DNA from: Eledone cirrhosa
Taxonomy: Eukaryota
NCBI GenBank assembly: GCA_964016885.1
Contig: OZ024742.1
Span: 348,812,001-348,876,000, forward strand
DNA length: 64,000 bases
Direction: 5' to 3'
The notes beneath the pieces are model-generated. The model was not told the DNA's origin and did no database searches. It saw only the letters and a list, made by a program, of their open reading frames with translations. A program made the translations under genes and the position numbers. This document shows, piece after piece, positions 58,340 through 64,000 of this stretch (the first letter of the stretch is position 1; the number at the start of each line of letters is the position of its first letter).

Positions 58340-61300
58340 TGTAAAGCTCTCTAGGTCTCAACATGGTGACATTATTGACAGTGTAAAGCTCTCTATGTCT
58401 CAATATGGTGACATTATTGACACATTTTAAAGCTCTCTATGTCTCAATATGGTGACATTATTGACAGTGTAAAGCTCTCTATGTCTTAATATGGCGACAT
58501 TATTGACAATGTAAAGCTCTCTATGTCTCAATATGGTGACATTATTGACAATGTAAAGCTCTCTATGTCTCAATATGGTGATATTATTGACAATGTAAAG
58601 CTCTCTATGTCTCAATATGGCGACATTATTGACAATGTAAAGCTCTCTATGTCTCAATATGGCGACATTATTGACAATGTAAAGCTCTCTATGTCTCAAT
58701 ATGGTGACATTATTGACAGTGTAAAGCTCTCTATGTCTCAATATGGCGACATTATTGACAATGTAAAGCTTTCTATTTCTCAATATGGCGACATTATTGA
58801 CACAGTGTAAAGCTCTCTATGTCTCAATATAGCGACATTATTGACAATGTAAAGCTCTCTATGTCTCAATATAGCGCCATTATTGACAATGTAAAGCTCT
58901 CTATGTCTCAATAGAGTGACATTATTGACAATGTAAAGCTCTCTATGTCTCAATATAGCGCCATTATTGACAAGGTAAACCTCTCTATGTCTCAATATGG
59001 TGACATTATTGACAGTGTAAAGCTCTCTATGTCTCAATATGGCGACATTATTGACAGTGTAAAGCTCCCTATGTCTCAATATGGCGACATTATTGACACA
59101 GTGTAAAGCTCTCTATATCACAATATGGCGACATTATTGACAATGTAAAGCTCTCTATGTCTCAATATGGCGACATTATTGAAACAGTGTAAAGCTCTCT
59201 ATGTCTCAATATGGCAACATTATTGACAATGTAAAGCTCTCTATGTCTCAATATGGCGACATTATTGACAGAGTGTAAAGCTCTCTATGTCTCAATATGT
59301 TGATATTATTGACAGTGTAAAGCTCTCTATGATTCAATATAGCGACATTATTGAAACAGTGTAAAGCTCTCTATGTCTCAATATGGCGATATTATTGACA
59401 CAGTGTAAAGCTCTCTATGTCTCAATATGGCGACATTATTGACACAGTGTAAAGCTCTCTATGTCTCAATATGGCGACATTTTTGCTACAGTGTAGAGCT
59501 CTCTTTGTCTCAATATGGCGACATTATTACCAGTGTAAAGCTCTCTATGTCTCAATATGGCGACATTATTGATACAGTGTAGAGCTCTCTATGTCTCAAT
59601 ATGGTGACATTATTGACACAGTGTAAAGCTCTCTATTTCTCAATATGGTGACATTATTGACACAGTGTAAAGCTCTCTATGTCTCAATATGGCGACATTA
59701 TTGATACAGTGTAGAGCTCTCTATGTCTCAATATGGTGACATTATTGACACAGTGTAAAGCTCTCTATTTCTCAATATGGTGACATTATTGACACAGTGT
59801 AAAGCTCTCTAGGTCTCAACATGGTGACATTATTGACAGTGTAAAGCTCTCTATGTCTCAATATGGTGACATTATTGACACATATTAAAGCACTCTATGT
59901 CTCAATATTGTGACATTATTGACAGTGTAAAGCTCTCTATGTCTTAATATGGCGACATTATTGACAATGTAAAGCTCTCTATGTCTCAATATGGTGACAT
60001 TATTGACAATGTAAAGCTCTCTATGTCTCAATATGGTGATATTATTGACAATGTAAAGATCTCTATGTCTCAATATGGCGACATTATTGACAATGTAAAG
60101 CTCTCTATGTCTCAATATGGCGACATTATTGACGGTGTAAAGCTCTCTATGTCTCAATATGGTGACATTATTGACACAGTGTAAAGCTCTCAATCTCTCA
60201 ATATAGTAACATTATTGACACAGTGTAAAGCTCTCTAGGACTCAATATGGTGACACTATTGACAATGTAAAGCTCTCTATGTCTCAATATGGCGACATTA
60301 TTGACAATGTAAAGCTCTCTATGTCTCAATATGGCGACATTATTGACAATGTAAAGCTCTCTATGTCTCAACATAGCGCCATTATTGACAATGTAAAGCT
60401 CTCTATGTCTCAATATGGTGACATTATTGATACAGTGTAAAGCTCTCTAAGTCTCAACATGGTGACATTATTGACAGTGTAAAGCTCTCTATGTCTCAAT
60501 ATGGTGACATTATTGACACATTTTAAAGCTCTCTATGTCTCAATATGGTGACATTATTGACAGTGTAAAGCTCTCTATGTCTTAATATGGCGACATTATT
60601 GACAATGTAAAGCTCTCTATGTCTCAATATGGTGACATTATTGACAATGTAAAGCTCTCTATGTCTCAATATGGTGATATTATTGACAATGTAAAGCTCT
60701 CTATGTCTCAATATGGCGACATTATTGACAATGTAAAGCTCTCTATGTCTCAATATGGCGACATTATTGACAATGTAAAGCTCTCTATGTCTCAATATGG
60801 TGACATTATTGACAGTGTAAAGCTCTCTATGTCTCAATATGGCGACATTATTGACAATGTAAAGCTTTCTATGTCTCAATATGGCGACATTATTGACACA
60901 GTGTAAAGCTCTCTATGTCTCAATATAGCGACATTATTGACAATGTAAAGCTCTCTATGTCTCAATATAGCGCCATTATTGACAATGTAAAGCTCTCTAT
61001 GTGTCAATAGAGTGACATTATTGACAATGTAAAGCTCTCTATGTCTCAATATAGCGCCATTATTGACAAGGTAAACCTCTCTATGTCTCAATATGGTGAC
61101 ATTATTGACAGTGTAAAGCTCTCTATGTCTCAATATGGCGACATTATTGACAGTGTAAAGCTCCCTATGTCTCAATATGGCGACATTATTGACACAGTGT
61201 AAAGCTCTCTATATCACAATATGGCGACATTATTGACAATGTAAAGCTCTCTATGTCTCAATATGGCGACATTATTGAAACAGTGTAAAGCTCTCTATGT

Positions 61301-63800
61301 CTCAATATGGCAACATTATTGACAATGTAAAGCTCTCTATGTCTCAATATGGCGACATTATTGACAGAGTGTAAAGCTCTCTATGTCTCAATATGTTGAT
61401 ATTATTGACAGTGTAAAGCTCTCTATGATTCAATATAGCGACATTATTGAAACAGTGTAAAGCTCTCTATGTCTCAATATGGCGATATTATTGACACAGT
61501 GTAAAGCTCTCTATGTCTCAATATGGCGACATTATTGACACAGTGTAAAGCTCTCTATGTCTCAATATGGCGACATTTTTGCTACAGTGTAGAGCTCTCT
61601 TTGTCTCAATATGGCGACATTATTAACAGTGTAAAGCTCTCTATGTCTCAATATGGCGACATTATTGATACAGTGTAGAGCTCTCTATGTCTCAATATGG
61701 TGACATTATTGACACAGTGTAAAGCTCTCTATTTCTCAATATGGTGACATTATTGACACAGTGTAAAGCTCTCTATGTCTCAATATGGCGACATTATTGA
61801 TACAGTGTAGAGCTCTCTATGTCTCAATATGGTGACATTATTGACACAGTGTAAAGCTCTCTATTTCTCAATATGGTGACATTATTGACACAGTGTAAAG
61901 CTCTCTAGGTCTCAACATGGTGACATTATTGACAGTGTAAAGCTCTCTATGTCTCAATATGGTGACATTATTGACACATATTAAAGCACTCTATGTCTCA
62001 ATATGGTGATATTATTGACAATGTAAAGATCTCTATGTCTCAATATGGCGACATTATTGACAATGTAAAGCTCTCTATGTCTCAATATGGCGACATTATT
62101 GACGGTGTAAAGCTCTCTATGTCTCAATATGGTGACATTATTGACACAGTGTAAAGCTCTCAATCTCTCAATATAGTAACATTATTGACACAGTGTAAAG
62201 CTCTCTAGGACTCAATATGGTGACACTATTGACAATGTAAAGCTCTCTATGTCTCAATATGGCGACATTATTGACAATGTAAAGCTCTCTATGTCTCAAT
62301 ATAGCGCCATTATTGACAAGGTAAACCTCTCTATGTCTCAATATGGTGACATTATTGACAGTGTAAAGCTCTCTATGTCTCAATATGGCGACATTATTGA
62401 CAGTGTAAAGCTCCCTATGTCTCAATATGGCGACATTATTGACACAGTGTAAAGCTCTCTATATCACAATATGGCGACATTATTGACAATGTAAAGCTCT
62501 CTATGTCTCAATATGGCGACATTATTGAAACAGTGTAAAGCTCTCTATGTCTCAATATGGCAACATTATTGACAATGTAAAGCTCTCTATGTCTCAATAT
62601 GGCGACATTATTGACAGAGTGTAAAGCTCTCTATGTCTCAATATGTTGATATTATTGACAGTGTAAAGCTCTCTATGATTCAATATAGCGACATTATTGA
62701 AACAGTGTAAAGCTCTCTATGTCTCAATATGGCGATATTATTGACACAGTGTAAAGCTCTCTATGTCTCAATATGGCGACATTATTGACACAGTGTAAAG
62801 CTCTCTATGTCTCAATATGGCGACATTTTTGCTACAGTGTAGAGCTCTCTTTGTCTCAATATGGCGACATTATTAACAGTGTAAAGCTCTCTATGTCTCA
62901 ATATGGCGACATTATTGATACAGTGTAGAGCTCTCTATGTCTCAATATGGTGACATTATTGACACAGTGTAAAGCTCTCTATTTCTCAATATGGTGACAT
63001 TATTGACACAGTGTAAAGCTCTCTATGTCTCAATATGGCGACATTATTGATACAGTGTAGAGCTCTCTATGTCTCAATATGGTGACATTATTGACACAGT
63101 GTAAAGCTCTCTATTTCTCAATATGGTGACATTATTGACACAGTGTAAAGCTCTCTAGGTCTCAACATGGTGACATTATTGACAGTGTAAAGCTCTCTAT
63201 GTCTCAATATGGTGACATTATTGACACATATTAAAGCACTCTATGTCTCAATATTGTGACATTATTGACAGTGTAAAGCTCTCTATGTCTTAATATGGCG
63301 ACATTATTGACAATGTAAAGCTCTCTATGTCTCAATATGGTGACATTATTGACAATGTAAAGCTCTCTATGTCTCAATATGGTGATATTATTGACAATGT
63401 AAAGATCTCTATGTCTCAATATGGCGACATTATTGACAATGTAAAGCTCTCTATGTCTCAATATGGCGACATTATTGACGGTGTAAAGCTCTCTATGTCT
63501 CAATATGGTGACATTATTGACACAGTGTAAAGCTCTCAATCTCTCAATATAGTAACATTATTGACACAGTGTAAAGCTCTCTAGGACTCAATATGGTGAC
63601 ACTATTGACAATGTAAAGCTCTCTATGTCTCAATATGGCGACATTATTGACAATGTAAAGCTCTCTATGTCTCAATATGGCGACATTATTGACAATGTAA
63701 AGCTCTCTATGTCTCAACATAGCGCCATTATTGACAATGTAAAGCTCTCTATGTCTCAATATGGTGACATTATTGATACAGTGTAAAGCTCTCTAAGTCT
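58340..63800 (+). repeat. Local triplication: 2096-bp tandem duplication followed by a 1250-bp re-duplication
   Basis: ORF pairs 58427/60523 and 58780/60876 (offset 2096), 59885/63231 and 60198/63544 (offset 3346). Private variant ttgaaacagt at ~59181/61277/62527. gacaaggtaaacct, aagctccct and cacatattaaagcact each occur three times here. Confidence 0.9.
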
Positions 63801-64000
63801 CAATATAGTGACATTATTGACACAGTGTAAAGCTCTCTATGTCTCAATATGGTGACATTATTGACACAGTGTAAAGCTCTCTATGTCTCAATATGGCGAC
63901 ATTATAGACAATGTAAAGCTCTCGATGTCTCAATATGGCGACATTATTGACACAGTTTAAAGCTCTCTATGTCTCAATATGGTGACATTATTGACAGTGT

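Larger units (their letters stand above)
1..64000. repeat. Tandem satellite DNA array, 42/44-bp monomer (consensus ATGTCTCAATATGG[C/T]GACATTATTGACA[A/G]TGTAAAGCTCTCT; 44-bp form …TTGACACAGTGTAAAG…), about 1,500 head-to-tail copies, running off both window ends
   Basis: Seen directly: every line consists of this unit in the same orientation, with scattered substitutions and 1-2 bp indels. The ORF track shows the same 14-aa period on both strands throughout. Confidence 0.99.

Noticed and set aside
169-63759. All listed ORFs (MSQYGDIID… on +, MRHRELY… on -) as real CDSs or a repeat-protein gene cluster
   Set aside because: They are translations of the satellite. Their lengths simply track runs of 42-mers between 44-mers, they occur on both strands at once, they have no unique domains, and nonsense and frameshift variants are freely propagated.
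1-64000. CRISPR array (short, partly palindromic repeats)
   Set aside because: The repeats abut directly with no unique spacers, and there is no leader or cas gene.
1-64000. Telomeric repeat, rDNA/5S/tRNA array, or transposon/MITE array
   Set aside because: There is no G-rich strand-biased short unit, no recognisable RNA gene, and no terminal inverted repeats with target-site duplications or transposase sequence.
1-64000. Assignment to a named satellite family, a CENP-B box, or a specific organism
   Set aside because: I do not recognise the monomer and see no CENP-B box motif. A BLASTn, Dfam or Repbase search of the consensus is required.
1-64000. Pure assembly or sequencing artefact, or synthetic concatemer
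   Set aside because: Hierarchical, position-specific variants and diverged duplicate copies indicate a real evolutionary history. Individual near-identical duplications still need read support.
1-64000. Deliberate information code or programmed diversification in the C/T and A/G/CAG monomer states
   Set aside because: The state order is adequately explained by nested duplication of ancestral cassettes. No recombinase, reverse transcriptase or expression site is present in the window to read or write such a code.

Overview
The whole 64 kb window is one uninterrupted, single-orientation tandem satellite array of about 1,500 monomers (64,000 / ~42.7 bp). I saw no unique sequence, gene, RNA gene, transposon or inversion. 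The consensus monomer is 42 bp: ATGTCTCAATATGG[C/T]GACATTATTGACA[A/G]TGTAAAGCTCTCT (33-38% GC). A common 44-bp form carries a 2-bp insertion (…TTGACACAGTG…), and rare 40- and 43-bp forms occur. Every ORF in the track is a by-product of the repeat: 42 bp is 14 codons, open in one frame on each strand, and the 44-bp monomers end the ORFs. The structure worth noting is at three levels. (1) All four TA steps of the 42-mer fall at 11/11/10/10-bp intervals, and the monomer contains overlapping dyad symmetries. (2) Diagnostic variant monomers recur in fixed-order cassettes, consistent with a fragmented higher-order repeat of roughly 2.7-3 kb. (3) Recent in-register duplications of 0.13-8.2 kb are nested on top, including a near-identical 8,195-bp tandem duplication with a readable chimeric junction. 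The pattern fits eukaryotic heterochromatic or (peri)centromeric satellite DNA, but neither organism nor function can be established from this sequence. I found no support for a protein-coding system. Duplication boundaries were read by eye and are approximate to about one monomer unless stated.
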